This document shows, piece after piece, positions 37,841-50,810 of a stretch of DNA of 64,000 nucleotides. The stretch covers positions 110,794,001 through 110,858,000 of the forward strand of contig NC_043001.1 of assembly GCF_006345805.1 (NCBI RefSeq), written 5' to 3'. Below the pieces are notes generated by a model. The model was not told the DNA's origin and searched no databases. It saw only the letters and a list, made by a program, of their open reading frames with translations. Position 1 is the first letter of the stretch; each line of letters starts with the position of its first letter. The position numbers and the translations under genes were made by a program. The DNA is from Octopus sinensis. Taxonomy: Eukaryota.

Positions 37841-39499
37841 GTAAACAAATTCTTTTCAGCTGTAGTTATAGAAGAAACCGTATCTACAAAACTCATTTTC
37901 TTGGAGTTATGAATTGAATAATGATCTATTTAACTGCTACGAAAAAGCAAAACAAAACCTCGCTGTTGGCTATATGAATCGATTGAAATTATATTGAGAC
38001 GATCTGTATCCAGAGTTAAATCATTTTACTGAGAAGCAACTACGCTGCAAGCGACATTTGGGGAGCATATGAAGAAGGTTAGTAACTGTAACCTTATTAA
38101 AAAATCGAAAGTTAAACTTCTTCACAATTCTATGAACAAAAGCGAAAATGTGAATGTTATAAGACCACCACGTGGTTTCGCAGTTTGCAACATTCCAACA
38201 GATTCCATAGTGCCTGCCAGCCAGGCTACATTACTGGCTCAAGTAACTGACCACCCTTCTCCTAGTACAACTATAGTAAATAGCACAATCCCAAGGATTA
38301 TTGTAGTAGTCAGGATTATACGTCGGTGAAATTTTCAGAGAAAATTTTGAATTTGAAGTACACTCGAGGAGAGCGTATTCTCTACCAAAGGAAGTAAAAA
38401 AACAGCAGATAGGTATTAAAATCTATTAAGGAAATGTGTGATGAGTATTTACAACAGTGCGATGAACCCACATACGGCAGATTGCTGATTACGGCTTGTC
38501 TATTTCTGCTGACTACTACTATACATACATAAAACACACAAATCTGCAAATACATACATACATAGAAACAAACAAGATTACCCAGTTGTTGATGTTGAAA
38601 TTCCAATGAAGTTTAGATACCGGTTCTTTCTCAAATGGCAGAATATGCTGAAATAAACTGAATAATAACATACATAGTATTGCGCCGACGAATTCCATGT
38701 TTAAGTTCAAATCACTTTGATATTCACTATCTATTTTCTAAAGTGAACCTATCTAACTTTCATCTATTGACTCTCTCTGTGTATGTGTGTGTGATGTGTA
38801 TGCCTATGTATAATCCTTATATATATATATACATATATATATATGTATATAGATAGATAGATAGATAGATGGCTAGATAGAGAGAGGGAGAAACAGAGAG
38901 GGGGAAAGAATATACAATTGTAAATATGCCTGTGTTTTGTGTGTATATATTTGCATAGAGATTTACGCAGCAATATAGTGATAAATCTGATAAACCCATA
39001 TTTATATGTAAATATATAAATAGACAAGGTCGCGGCAAATAGACACGAACAAGACTGAATTATTACATATAGCGTAAATAATAAGGATTGTTCACTTGAG
39101 GCAGTGAGTGTGCCTGTCTATGTGTGTGTCTGTGCCTACGTGTGTATGCGCATGTGTGAATGTGAAGAAGAAAGGGAAAGGAGAGAAAAACTACATAAAA
39201 AAAGGCAGACCCCCGTGAAAGAAGGTTAACTATGTAGAGCGTAAAATGATGTTGATATTCGTATTGAAATCCTTAAAGAATTAACGCGAGGCATAAATAA
39301 ATATTAAAATATATTTCTGCTATTTTTATTTAAAGCTAATAAAACAACTGCTCGCTGATTGACAAACAGATACGACTCAGGAGCTGTAGTTTCTGAAGTG
39401 ACATTACTTCTTGTGCTACTTTACATAAATACAGTAGCACTGATTTCGCAGCACACTGGGTCAAGCATATGTACGACAAAACAGAAAACGAACAGTTAC

Positions 39500-39547
<48 letters not shown>

Positions 39548-39829
39548 GATGAGTGTGTGTGAATGCACATATGTGCGCGTGTGTTAAAGCCAAACCTTAG
39601 ATATATTTTACATATCCCAACTGAGAAGGCCAACACAGCTGATGTGGAGAAGGGAAATGTAAAGATCAAACATAATACAACAATAACAAGTCTAAAATAT
39701 ACACATCACTCAAACAGAAAGTAAATGCACTGAGTTAACAGCAAATGACAGCACACAAGCATACACACACACACACACACAAACACAGAGAGAGAGAGAG
39801 AGAGAGACCTGAATTTAAATACGTGTATG

Positions 39830-39876
<47 letters not shown>

Positions 39877-39990
39877 TATATATACAAAACATAGAAGGAT
39901 TCTGAAAGGGGCCCAGAAAATGAGGAGCTACGTATATGGTTAATCTGCATATGGTTAATCTATAAATATATAAATATATATGTATATCTA

Positions 39991-40051
<61 letters not shown>

Positions 40052-40061
40052 TATATATATA

Positions 40062-40184
40062 TAAGAATTTTAGGCGTAATGAGATAAAAAAATTAACAAA
40101 GCTGTATAGATATTAGAGTATATATAAATTATTCTATACAGCCTTGTTTTTTGTTTTTTTATCTCATTACGCAAAAAATTCTTA
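40062..40184. repeat. Short fold-back (about 50-bp arms) next to (TA)n
   Basis: taagaattttaggcgtaatgagataaaaaa...gctgtataga / tctatacagc...ttttttatctcattacgcaaaaaattctta. Confidence 0.85.
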
Positions 40185-40333
40185 TATACACACGCTGACA
40201 TAGAACCAACGTTGAACCCTTTATTCGCAATATTATCGAATCTGGAACTTAACTATGGTCTATCTATAGTACTTATTCTGCATTACCTGACACCTTTAGG
40301 TCTCAATGACACTATTATCTCTTATAACCTCAA

Positions 40334-40432
<99 letters not shown>

Positions 40433-41029
40433 GTGCATAAATATATGCACACATACACAAGCACTCATAAATGTGCGGGGGCTGGTTGTGTGTGTGTTTG
40501 CATTCAGAAGGTCACAAACCGCAAGCATGCATGTTGTTAAGGAAATTAAATATTTGCCCGCAAATTAATATATGAATCTTAAGAACGAAACAATATTAAC
40601 TGAAAATAATTTTATTTGCAATTTTTCCCAAATATATGGTTTCTGCACTGTGCGTTCATAACGAAGCAACACTTTTAAATGTCAAATCTTTGCCACATGA
40701 GTTTAATAGCAGAACCCCAACTCAGACTGCACTGCTTAACATCATTGCAGAGTGAGCAGCTGTTGTTCGAATTCTTTGCCTTTCATATCCCCGCGAATCA
40801 TGCATCATATGAATGATTTATTCTTCATTGTCCATCATACCAGAATATATTTAATCCATTATACTCCAGTTGTCTATTGAATCATTTATTCAACCACAAT
40901 AATTGAACCAGTGAGCTAGAGACAGGATATTTACCGCTATTAATTAAGTAGCTTTCGTTCAATCTGCGGGTGATATAAAGATCAGATATTCGATACGTCG
41001 TGTTATTCATTGCTATATAATGGTCTTGT

Positions 41030-42110
41030 CGAGGAACCGATATTCACAATCACCATTATTACAACATTTATTATTGCCGTCCTTAGAATACTTGATGTAT
41101 TGCATTTACTTAGTCCTATGCAAGCTTTATTGAGAATACCTATGACTAAAGAATTCAAATTACAAACTACAAGCATTTTATGCATGTGAACATCTATGTT
41201 CTTGATTCTGTGCCGCTCATTTTTTACCATTACATGTAATGATTCGATGAACATTTCGTAATAACTGTTACAACTCAAACCAATAGTAGCTGCATTGTTA
41301 ATTTGAAGTGCCAGTGTATATTGCTCAACATTATCTAACAATAGGCGTGGGAGTGGCTGTGTGGTAGGTAGCTTGCTTACCAACCACATGGTTCCGGGTT
41401 CAGTCCCACTGCGTGGACCTTGGGCAGGTGTCTTCTACTATAGCCTCGTGCCGACCAAAGCCTTGTGGATTTGGTAGACGGAAACTGAAAGAAGCTCGTC
41501 GTATATATATATATATATATATAATATATATATATACGTGTGTGTGTGTGTATGTTTGTCTGTCTGTCCCCCAACCTCACTCAAGAACAGATGCTGGTGT
41601 GTTTACGTCTCCGTAACTTAGCGGTTCGGCAAAATAGACCGAAAGAACAAATACTAGGCTTGCAAAGAATAAGTCCTGGCGTCGATTTTCTCAGCTAAAG
41701 GCGGTGCTCCGCCTACCAAATCCACTCACAATGCTTTGTTTGGCCCGAGGCTATAGTAGAAGACACTTTCCAAGGTGTTACACAGTGGGACTGAACCCGG
41801 AACCATGTGGTTCGTAAGCCAGCTACTTACCACAGAGCCACCCCTACGCCTATAATTAGAATATGCTGCATCTGTTGTCTTTTGTTGGTGATGTTTAGTG
41901 TACACCAGCAATGAACAGTCATACCAATGTTATGGAGCTTGACCATTCTTTACTCATATCAGGAAACACGATGTTTTACATTTTTACAACTCTAGGTAAT
42001 ATTTAACATCATGTGACTACTATTTCATTTAATTCTATTGATCATGTAGAGGCTAATTGAGCTGTAGCAGGAGTAAAGCACTTCAAATGATCCCCGCAGG
42101 GAGAGTTCTA
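41030..42110 (+). pseudogene. Degraded class-A GPCR, TM1-TM4, split by a SINE pair
   Basis: PIFTITIITTFII (TM1-like), TSMFLIL (TM2-like), SASVYC (TM3-like), [SINEs], RICCICCLL (ER-YxxICxPL-like), TVIPMLWSLTILYS (TM4). Confidence 0.45.
41344..41850. mobile_element. SINE family A (+, 41344-41710) fused to an inverted family A 5' half (-, 41711-41850)
   Basis: Head at both outer ends; about 140-bp complementary arms. Confidence 0.9.
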
Positions 42111-42512
42111 TAAAAGAGCAAAAACCACTCAAAAAGCTGCTATAATTAGGTAGAAGTTGTAGAGACCTAGAGCGTTAGATTACGGCTTCATACTTTTTAC
42201 GTCTTTCTGTTTTATATTTAATCTAGACTATTTCTTTTTTGATTGTGATAATGCACGATTATTATCGAAATATTTATGAGAATTTTTTCATCTGACCTTC
42301 ACGTGTTAAGAAATAAATTCGTATAAATTTGATATGGTTAAGTAATTTACGCTAAAAGCATGATAATCGGTGAAGCCTTATATCTAGGGTAAGTGTCTTA
42401 TACAAAGCTTATGTTTGCTATGACTCTGTGACCAAAAGCTAGGACACGTAAACGAAGATATATCTATGTATATATGTTTCTGTGACGTCACACGGAGCAG
42501 TGATGAATCGTA

Positions 42513-42785
42513 CAGGGGTAAATATTTCGTAAAGGACCCCTCCATACTTTGATCTGAAATATGTTTTTCCATATGGGAGGTAGGGGTGCTCCGAGGTCCC
42601 CAGCACCCCTTCAGGCCTTTCTTTTCAGGAAGAAAATGTGGTTTGTGACGGGTTCGGAGGTGAGATACGTCGAATGCTGTGGGAAAAAATTATTTCACAC
42701 TGAGGCACGAACGGGATCATTACGAAATATTTACCGAAAATTCTTCTTCTGGGCAATAGGCAATATTGGACTAAACGGCGCCTGT
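42513..42785. mobile_element. Possible MITE/DNA transposon remnant
   Basis: ta|cagg...cctg|ta outer ends; exact 16-bp inverted repeat ggtaaatatttcgtaa (42517) / ttacgaaatatttacc (42720); internal hairpin aggggtgct/agcacccct. Confidence 0.45.
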
Positions 42786-43030
42786 ACGGATCGGCATTCA
42801 CATATATGCATTTACTCAAACATGGTGGTAATATGAATTTACATAAATATACAATATTAAATACTGTTTTTTGAGATTTTATTTAATTCTATTTTGATGA
42901 AGTTTAAGTACACTGACTGGGTATTTTATCATATCTTGCGATTTTCTTTCCACATTCCTTAAAAGTGAAGATACCCAATGCATCAATATCTCACAACAAA
43001 TTTAGTGTCTGCCGCAGAAATATTCTGTAG

Positions 43031-43390
43031 AATTCGACGCTATATCGTATAATTGAACGATATTCACAATCACCATTATTACAACAAGACTGTTTGGAAA
43101 TCCCATGACAGAACTTATTCATTTATGAATTATATCTTGTAACTAATCCAATTATTTCTATATGCAGCATTATAGTTATTATACATAAACCTCACCAATA
43201 CCTGTGACACACTAACCTGTTGATTAATTGAAGTTGGAAATTAACAATGACTTTAATATAAGCAATAATAGCCTGGAATATATCTCTGTTGTTAGTAATG
43301 CTTCTGCTTCTTAAGTGTGTATACACTCGATTTGTTATATCACACACAGTGAAGCGATTCAAAATTTTGCTCATTATATCGACTTACTTA
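43031..43390 (+). pseudogene. Degraded class-A GPCR, TM1-TM3, paralog of 41030-42110
   Basis: After ctgtag|: EFDAISYN*TIFTITIITTRLFGN (TM1 GN), YINLTNTCDTL (TM2), PGIYLC, FLSVYTL..ISHTVKRF (TM3, TVERF-like); shares gatattcacaatcaccattattacaaca with 41039. Confidence 0.5.
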
Positions 43391-43474
43391 ACTACTGAAT
43401 AAACTCTGTAAACATGAATTCTAGAATTTCTAATTCACATATTTCATAGTTATAATAAAGATCGGTTCCTCATC

Positions 43475-43517
<43 letters not shown>

Positions 43518-45000
43518 CTCACGCACTTTCTCTCTCTATCTCTTTCCTGTTACCTGTCTATGAACCATTTTTATTCATTTATTCTTGTTTCAGTGATTTG
43601 ACTGCTGCCATGCTGGTGTATTACCTTTAGTCAAAGAAACCGGCCCCAGGGATTATTCTTTTTATTATTTGCTGATGACGAATATGAAACTATTGAAGCG
43701 TAATATATTTGCAAAAACAGCTTCTATAATATAATAAAAGAATTATATTTCATATTTTATTTTTAACCTTCTATTGAACGAGCACGTGACATCTTCCGTA
43801 CATTTATATTATTAACAATTACATAAATTAAAAATTGAATTTAATTAGTGATATTTAGTTGGTAATTTGTCAAAATACTTTAAAAATAACTTTTCGTACA
43901 TTCTTCTGTTATGTGGTTGGAGATATTTGGTTAATACGTTCAAATAAATATTGTTCGTAGCGAATTCAGCTTCGTTTATGTTTTGTAACAAATATATAAG
44001 TGAATGCTACTTAAATTTCCAAAAAACAACGAATTTGTAAATTACGAGTTTACTCAATATTTCTTAATTTACAATTTCAGCAAAAAAAGAAAACTTAGAT
44101 CATTATCACATTTGAAATCGTATGGTTAAATGATATTAAATAATGTTTGATATTTTTACTGATCAAATTTAATAATGATTAAATTTTTGCTTAACATGAA
44201 ACAAATCTATTAATTTCGTTAAATATTTTATTTACAATTTTTTTTTTCAATTTGGTGTGAGTGTGTGTATAGTAGCGATATGTGTACGCTCTTGACTACA
44301 TTTTCAATTGGAAAATCTTTTATTCGGCACATTGTATAATATGAAAATGGCAGATGTAAACATAAGGTTTAATTACTAATGTCGTTTAGTTGCTGTATTC
44401 GTACGCTGTTTGGGTGCCATTATTATTTATTGAATTCTGAAGAACACATTTAAAGGAAATGCATCTATATAATATATAGCAATAAAGAAAATTGTCTCCC
44501 TGTGTATATGTGGCACATATTTAACAATCTTATACTTCAAAATAAGTTGCAGGTGGTAATTCCCTTTCATATCGTCAATACATTAATCATTCTGAGAGAA
44601 CCTCAAATATATCAGGAATCTCACTGTAATTTAGGAAAAAATTAAACATAATGACGTACATTTGCCATTTAAATATGGCTAACCCCTAAGGGTGGATGCT
44701 ACTGTAGTTTGTAGCCCCAGGAGGACACCTCCTCCATCTACTGTTTATACTCGCTCTGAGATTTATTATTAAACATAATGAGCATCATTAATATCATTTC
44801 AAATTAAAGTTTTGCTTATGTATTTGTCATGTTGTCACTTATATTCCCGACTTAGCAGCCTTTTTTGTGACACATCAACAAATACATTGCCAGTGTATGT
44901 TTCTAGATTTAAGAGTGATGTTATGGTTTGGAGAAAATTTGGTCGCACATTTTAGCACATCGATTGAACCATGTAAAAGATTCCTCAATCTACTTAAGTG

Positions 45001-45425
45001 GGGTAAGCTGGCAGATAAAATTTAATACGCCGGAGAAAATGATTCGTGGCTTTTCTTCGGTCTTCATGTTCTGATTTCAAGCTCCATCCTTTCGGGGTAT
45101 TTAACTTCAGTACCAGCGAGCATATAAGGCGATGTAATCAACTAGAGTTGTCTCGCTGCTCACACAATTCCAAGCCTTGTGCCTATAATAGTAATGTTTC
45201 TTTTATAGCGCTATAATGGTAGTTACCTAGCAGAGTCATTAGCGTATCGGACAACATGGCTAGCAGCATTTCGTGTGTCTTTCCTTTGCGAGTTCGAATT
45301 CTACCGAGGTCGAGTCTGCCTTTCATTCTTTCGATGTCAAATCAGTAACAGACACGTGCGGTTTTTGACATAATTAACTTCTTCTCCCATGAAAAAGCCG
45401 CTGGCCCGGTACCAAAGCCTGAAAC
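45001..45425 (+). mobile_element. Two highly diverged SINE family B copies
   Basis: aagctggcagat...catcctttcgggg...gccttgtgcctata; gagttcgaattctaccgaggtcgagtctgcctttcattctttcg. Confidence 0.6.
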
Positions 45426-46225
45426 TACCAATTGAGACTATATAGTATATGTCAATACTCTTTTACACTTTGACTCGTTTCAGCCATGCGGTCGTGGCCA
45501 TGCTAGAGGTTAAAATTTGAGATTACTTTCAAGTAAAAGCATAGCATAATGCCTTAACATAACCCGCACTAGAAGACATTTGCTATTGTTATAATTGCGG
45601 ATCTTTTTCAAGTTTCCAATGGTTGAGCACACTTGTGATGAAAGAGATTCAATTAGTAACCAACTTATCTTTTAGCTCCATTTCACCTAATGGAGTGTCT
45701 AATAGAGTTTCACCTAAATGAGAGACGTGTGCAATTTGAGATAATTACAGCCAGGTATCTAATACATCACAAGAGAAGCCAAATATATGTGTTTTATAAT
45801 TGCCTCCCATTTGGGGTATATTTCAATACAACAGCACTCTATAATTGCATTCAAAATTTTGTAACTTATAAAACTACGCCATTTTAAGCACATTCATACA
45901 TATAATTCTTATTGGAAACTTACCCTCATTTTAGAAGCTGACAGATATGGTTTTTAGAAAACCCTACTCTATTTATTAATAGAGTAAATGAATTGGTCTA
46001 TTTCTCTAAAGATATAAGTAAAATATTTTATTTCCTTTATCACATTTAAATGCCTTATTTTACCATAAACAAATCCTCTTATAAGTCCCTGCTTCATTTT
46101 CCTAAATTCGGACAAGATATATCATATAAAAAGATATCCGTTTGCAATCGTTTGTTTTTATGGTGGTTACGTATAATCTCATATCATTCGCTCTCTATAT
46201 CATTTTCACACATTCTCTGTCTTTC

Positions 46226-46270
<45 letters not shown>

Positions 46271-46323
46271 TTCTCAGCGTTTCTCTGAAACACACTCAAG
46301 CTCAAGTATATGTACGCATATAT

Positions 46324-46367
<44 letters not shown>

Positions 46368-46416
46368 TCTCTATCCTCTCACACTCTGTCTCTCTTTCTC
46401 TCTCTCTCTCTATATA

Positions 46417-46473
<57 letters not shown>

Positions 46474-46520
46474 ATGTATATATATATATATATATATATA
46501 ATATGTATTTGCATATATAT

Positions 46521-46563
<43 letters not shown>

Positions 46564-47044
46564 CTTTTTGATGACAACCATGAATGTGATTAATACTTTT
46601 ATAATCCTACCGTTGAATATCAAGATATTTACTCGATTCTGTATAGAGAAAATTATATTCATCGGCCATTGGAAAATTATCCGTTAACATCAGTTCATTG
46701 TATACGATTGGCACTGTAATTAATGGATCACCTAATCCGTCCGTTATCTTTATAATGCGCAAATAATAAACTTGTATAACAATCAATCAATTTTTTCCTA
46801 TTTTGTACTCAGTAAATCTTTTCCGCCATCTCTCTGTCTCTCACCCACGCATACAGACACACAATCTCTTTCTTTTTTTTCTCTCTAGCTCTTACGTATG
46901 TACAGTCAGAAACAACATGGCCGTCTATATTATAAATAATTTGCTAGCAAATTACGTTTTCTTATTTTCTAGAACATACTTCTCAATTATATTCTACATA
47001 AATTTATAAAGAGTAAAAGAGAAAATGAATAATACATATGCACA

Positions 47045-47100
<56 letters not shown>

Positions 47101-47101
<1 letters not shown>

Positions 47102-47310
47102 TCTCTTTTACTCTTTTATTTGTTTCAGAGACATTTGGATGCGGCCATGCAGAAGCACCGACTTTAGTCGAACAAATTGACACCAGGACTTATTCTTTGT
47201 AAGCCTAGGAATTATTCTATCGGTCTCTTTTGTTGAACAGCTAAGTTACCAGGACGTTAACACACTAGCATCATTTATCAAGTGATGATGGGGAGGGTGG
47301 ACAAACATAC
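47101..47310 (-). mobile_element. SINE family A, 3' half
   Basis: gcggccatgc...ctttagtcgaacaaattgacaccaggacttattctttgtaagcctag. Confidence 0.8.
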
Positions 47311-47347
<37 letters not shown>

Positions 47348-47984
47348 AATTATTTTAAAAGGATATGCAGTCCTGAGGGTTAACATATTCCCTCTTAAAT
47401 CGGTTTTATTTGCCTGTTAACCACAGTGAATGTTGGTTATACTCGAGTTAACAATAAGTTGCTAGAATTTTCTCGCTTAGTAAATCCGAGTGAACGGGTT
47501 GTTGAATCTGCGACTAAATAAAAATAAAACACATTACGGAAATATATGGGAACATAACCATTGCTGCCTAACTTTAGAAAATAAAGAAATACATGAGCGC
47601 ACACAAATATAAACAAGAGCATGTTATATTAAAAGCTATGATTCTTCCTCAAATTGTTCCAAGTGCTACGTTCGGAGGCAAATGACAGAGTGACGTTCAT
47701 GATCATCCCAAACATTAGCCTACAATCATGTCTTGGAGGAGAACGATAGCGAAGAGGGCGGGGAGAGAAATACAATGAGAAGGCGAAAAGGAGATAGTGT
47801 GACGGAGAGAAGTGTGAGAGAGAATCTTCCAAGGTGCCAGAACCCAGAATCATGTGGCTGGGAAGCAAGCTTCTTACCATACAACCCCGCTGTGTAAATT
47901 TGCTGTCACACATTCACGTATTCACACAACCATAGACACACGCACTCATACACTCATTCATACCCATATATTCACTGCTAGTGA

Positions 47985-48720
47985 GTATATGTCACAAGCT
48001 TACAAGTGGGCCGAAATAAACAACATGCAGTTTAATGCTGGAACATTTCAAGTACTGAACTGTCAACTCACGAATACAGAGACAATCGACATTTACAGGA
48101 CCCGAAGACACTACAATCCCAGAATCAGGGCAGGGAAAGACTTAGGTATCGGTATGTGCAATGACGCATCCTTTCATATGCACGTAAGCAAGATGACAGC
48201 AAAATGCAGACAGCCGGTAGGATGGAGACTGAGGTCCTTCAAGACAACAGATAAAGAACCTATGTTGACCCTGTGGAGAATCTTTCTTCACAGCCGCCTG
48301 GACTACTGTTCCCAGTTACCGTGACCATATAGTGCCAAAGTAACAGTGGACCTTGAAGCATTCCAACGCCACTACACTAAAAGTTTTGAAAAAGTGCAGC
48401 GGATGAGCAATAACGATAGGCTGAGAAAACTACAACTGTACTCCCTGGAGCAAAGACGTCAGAGGTATGGAATAATATACACATGGAACATCCTAGAAGG
48501 GCTAGTACCTAACTTTGGTATTGAGTGTTATTCAAATATCAGAATTGACCGCCGTTTTATTGTACCAAAGGTACAATCCACTCCATCTAAATTCAGCACC
48601 AGGTATTACAATAGTCTAGAGTTCAAAGGACCACATTTCTTCAATGCCCTGCCACAAACATTAAAAAATTTGTATAAGATGGAAGTAGATTTCTTCAAAA
48701 AGTTAATAAAAGTTGAAAAT
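47985..48720 (+). mobile_element. CR1-group LINE reverse transcriptase 3' fragment
   Basis: YKWAEINNMQFN, KDLGI, SRLDYCSQL, LEAFQRHYTK, RLRKLQLYSLEQRRQRYGIIYTWNILEGLVPN. Confidence 0.92.
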
Positions 48721-49251
48721 TGATAGATTAAAGATTTTTAAAAAGGGGAAAATTTGTGCGCATGCGCTTGAACTCATATAACTTGGATTTTAATAAAATA
48801 AGGGAAAGGAAGAGATGTACGTAATTATATTAATAAATATATATGATATCTGCGACAGTGTCTTAGAGTCTTCCTGCAGGTTGCTATGTGGCATCTCATG
48901 TTGACATTTAAGCTAACGTAGATTAGACCTCATTTCAGATTTCTCGAACGCTGTCACGCATTACAGATATTTGAAATATTTACTTAGCATAATTAAACAT
49001 GTTGGTACTGCTACTGCACTCTAAGGGGTGCCTTAAGTTCCAGATGTCTCAAGCTAAGAGGAAATTTGGGCGTTAGTTTTTTTATCTACCATAGTGAAAG
49101 ATAATAACTGTTTCAAGTAAATATTGTGATGGACTTGAGGAGCAGATGAAGATAGTCATGTGAGGCAGGATATATCGTACAATTACTCTGATATAACAGT
49201 ATAATAATGTATAAAGGAAAATGTATAGATATATACATATATGTATATGTT

Positions 49252-49299
<48 letters not shown>

Positions 49300-49500
49300 T
49301 GTATGTATGTATGTATGTATGTATGTATGTATGTATGTATGTGAGTGTACGTGTCTCTGTACAAATATGCATATATATATATATATATACATATCTGTAT
49401 GAGTTAGAGGTTGGGAATCCAACCAACTAAGGGATAGTCTACCAGCTGATGTATGTCGCTTTTGTCTCCTCTCCATTTTCTCATTTACTATATATATATA

Positions 49501-49871
49501 TACTCTTTTACTCTTTACTCTTTTACTTGTTTCAGTCATTTGACTGCGGCCATGCTGGAGCACCGCCTTTAGTCGATCAAATCGACCCCGGAACTTATTC
49601 TTTGTAAGCCCAGTACTAAGTGGCGGGGACGTAGACACACCAGCATCGGTTGTCAAGCAATGCTAGGTGGACAAACACAGACACACAAACACACACACAA
49701 CATATATACGACAGGCTTCTTTCAGTTTCCGTCTACCAAATCCACTCACAAGGCATTGGTCGGCCCGGGGCTATAGCAGAAGATACTTGCCCATGATGCC
49801 ACGCAGTGGGACTGAACCCGCAACCATGTGGTTGGTTAGCAAGCTACTTACCACACAGCCACTCCTGCGCC
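49501..49871 (-). mobile_element. SINE family A, full-length with internal deletion
   Basis: Reverse complement of consensus, head at 49871. Confidence 0.92.
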
Positions 49872-50345
49872 TATTATATATATACCCTTTTTTTATTATA
49901 TTCACATATTACTTGATGGATTTATTCGTAAATTTTTTCCCGGCATGCCCTATATCACCGGGTAGATTTTGCGCCTGCGCAGAGGTTTGAAAAGTTAAGA
50001 TTTACAAGTTGTTTAGATCAACACATGGTCTAACGCTCTGCGCATCTCGATTTAACATAGGCGTCTCGCTGATGAAACCGGCATTAGCAAACATATTCTG
50101 TCTGTTTTGCTAGAAAGAGGAAGAAACTGATCAGTCCGGGATGTATGGTTAATGGTAAATGTTTTTGATTTTCACTCTCGATAAATTTATCCCTTTTTTG
50201 TGTCCCTAGCACTTCTTGGCATCGTTATTTAGGAGTCCTTAATTATATTTCTATATGAATAATATTTTGTCTAATGACTAATTCGTCCTTTGTGCTGGGC
50301 CACTGGTAGTAATCTATATTAGTACCTTTTTTGATTATATTTATA

Positions 50346-50396
<51 letters not shown>

Positions 50397-50397
<1 letters not shown>

Positions 50398-50513
50398 CCT
50401 GCTCGCTTAGCCAGCGGGGTGGCGTAATTCGAAGGCTAAAAAAAATGCGAAGGCATTGTGACCAGCGATGTGTAACAACATCTGATGGTCAGGTCGGTCA
50501 CGTGATCACGTGA
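50397..50513. repeat. Unclassified GC-rich element within (TA)n
   Basis: gcctgctcgcttagccagcggggtggc...ggtcacgtgatcacgtga; internal stems; TA on both sides. Confidence 0.5.
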
Positions 50514-50518
50514 TATAT

Positions 50519-50570
<52 letters not shown>

Positions 50571-50585
50571 TAAGTAGTTTAACTA

Positions 50586-50632
50586 GTTTAGCTGATGAGG
50601 CGCAACGATATGGAAATGCCTGATGTCACTAT
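50586..50632 (+). ncRNA. Inactivated hammerhead relic related to the 330-bp family
   Basis: CTGATGA GGC gcaacgatatggaaat GCC then TGATGTCACT; the GAAAC core is deleted relative to GCC GAAAC TGACGTCAGTC. Confidence 0.45.
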
Positions 50633-50769
50633 ATCCTTTTACGCTAGCAAACCAGTGTTATGGACAAACATTTATTGAAGAAATAATTGTTGTTTATCAA
50701 CTGAGATGCGACTAGCATATTTATCCTACAGTCACCAACTAGTTAAGAAGGAATACGTAAGACATCGTT

Positions 50770-50810
<41 letters not shown>

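Noticed and set aside
38519-38710. Signal-peptide-like ORF MEFVGAILCMLLFSLFQHILP on the minus strand
   Set aside because: Weak donor and no compatible downstream exon found; runs into microsatellite
41909-41995. Apparent 87-nt phase-1 exon (AMNSHTNVMELDHSLLISGNTMFYIFTTL)
   Set aside because: Another frame of the same bases gives the TM4-like VIPMLWSLTILYS of the GPCR relic, which fits its context better
50397-50470. HDV-like ribozyme reading (CGAA before a P2-like strand)
   Set aside because: No P1 5' strand and no nested pseudoknot could be built
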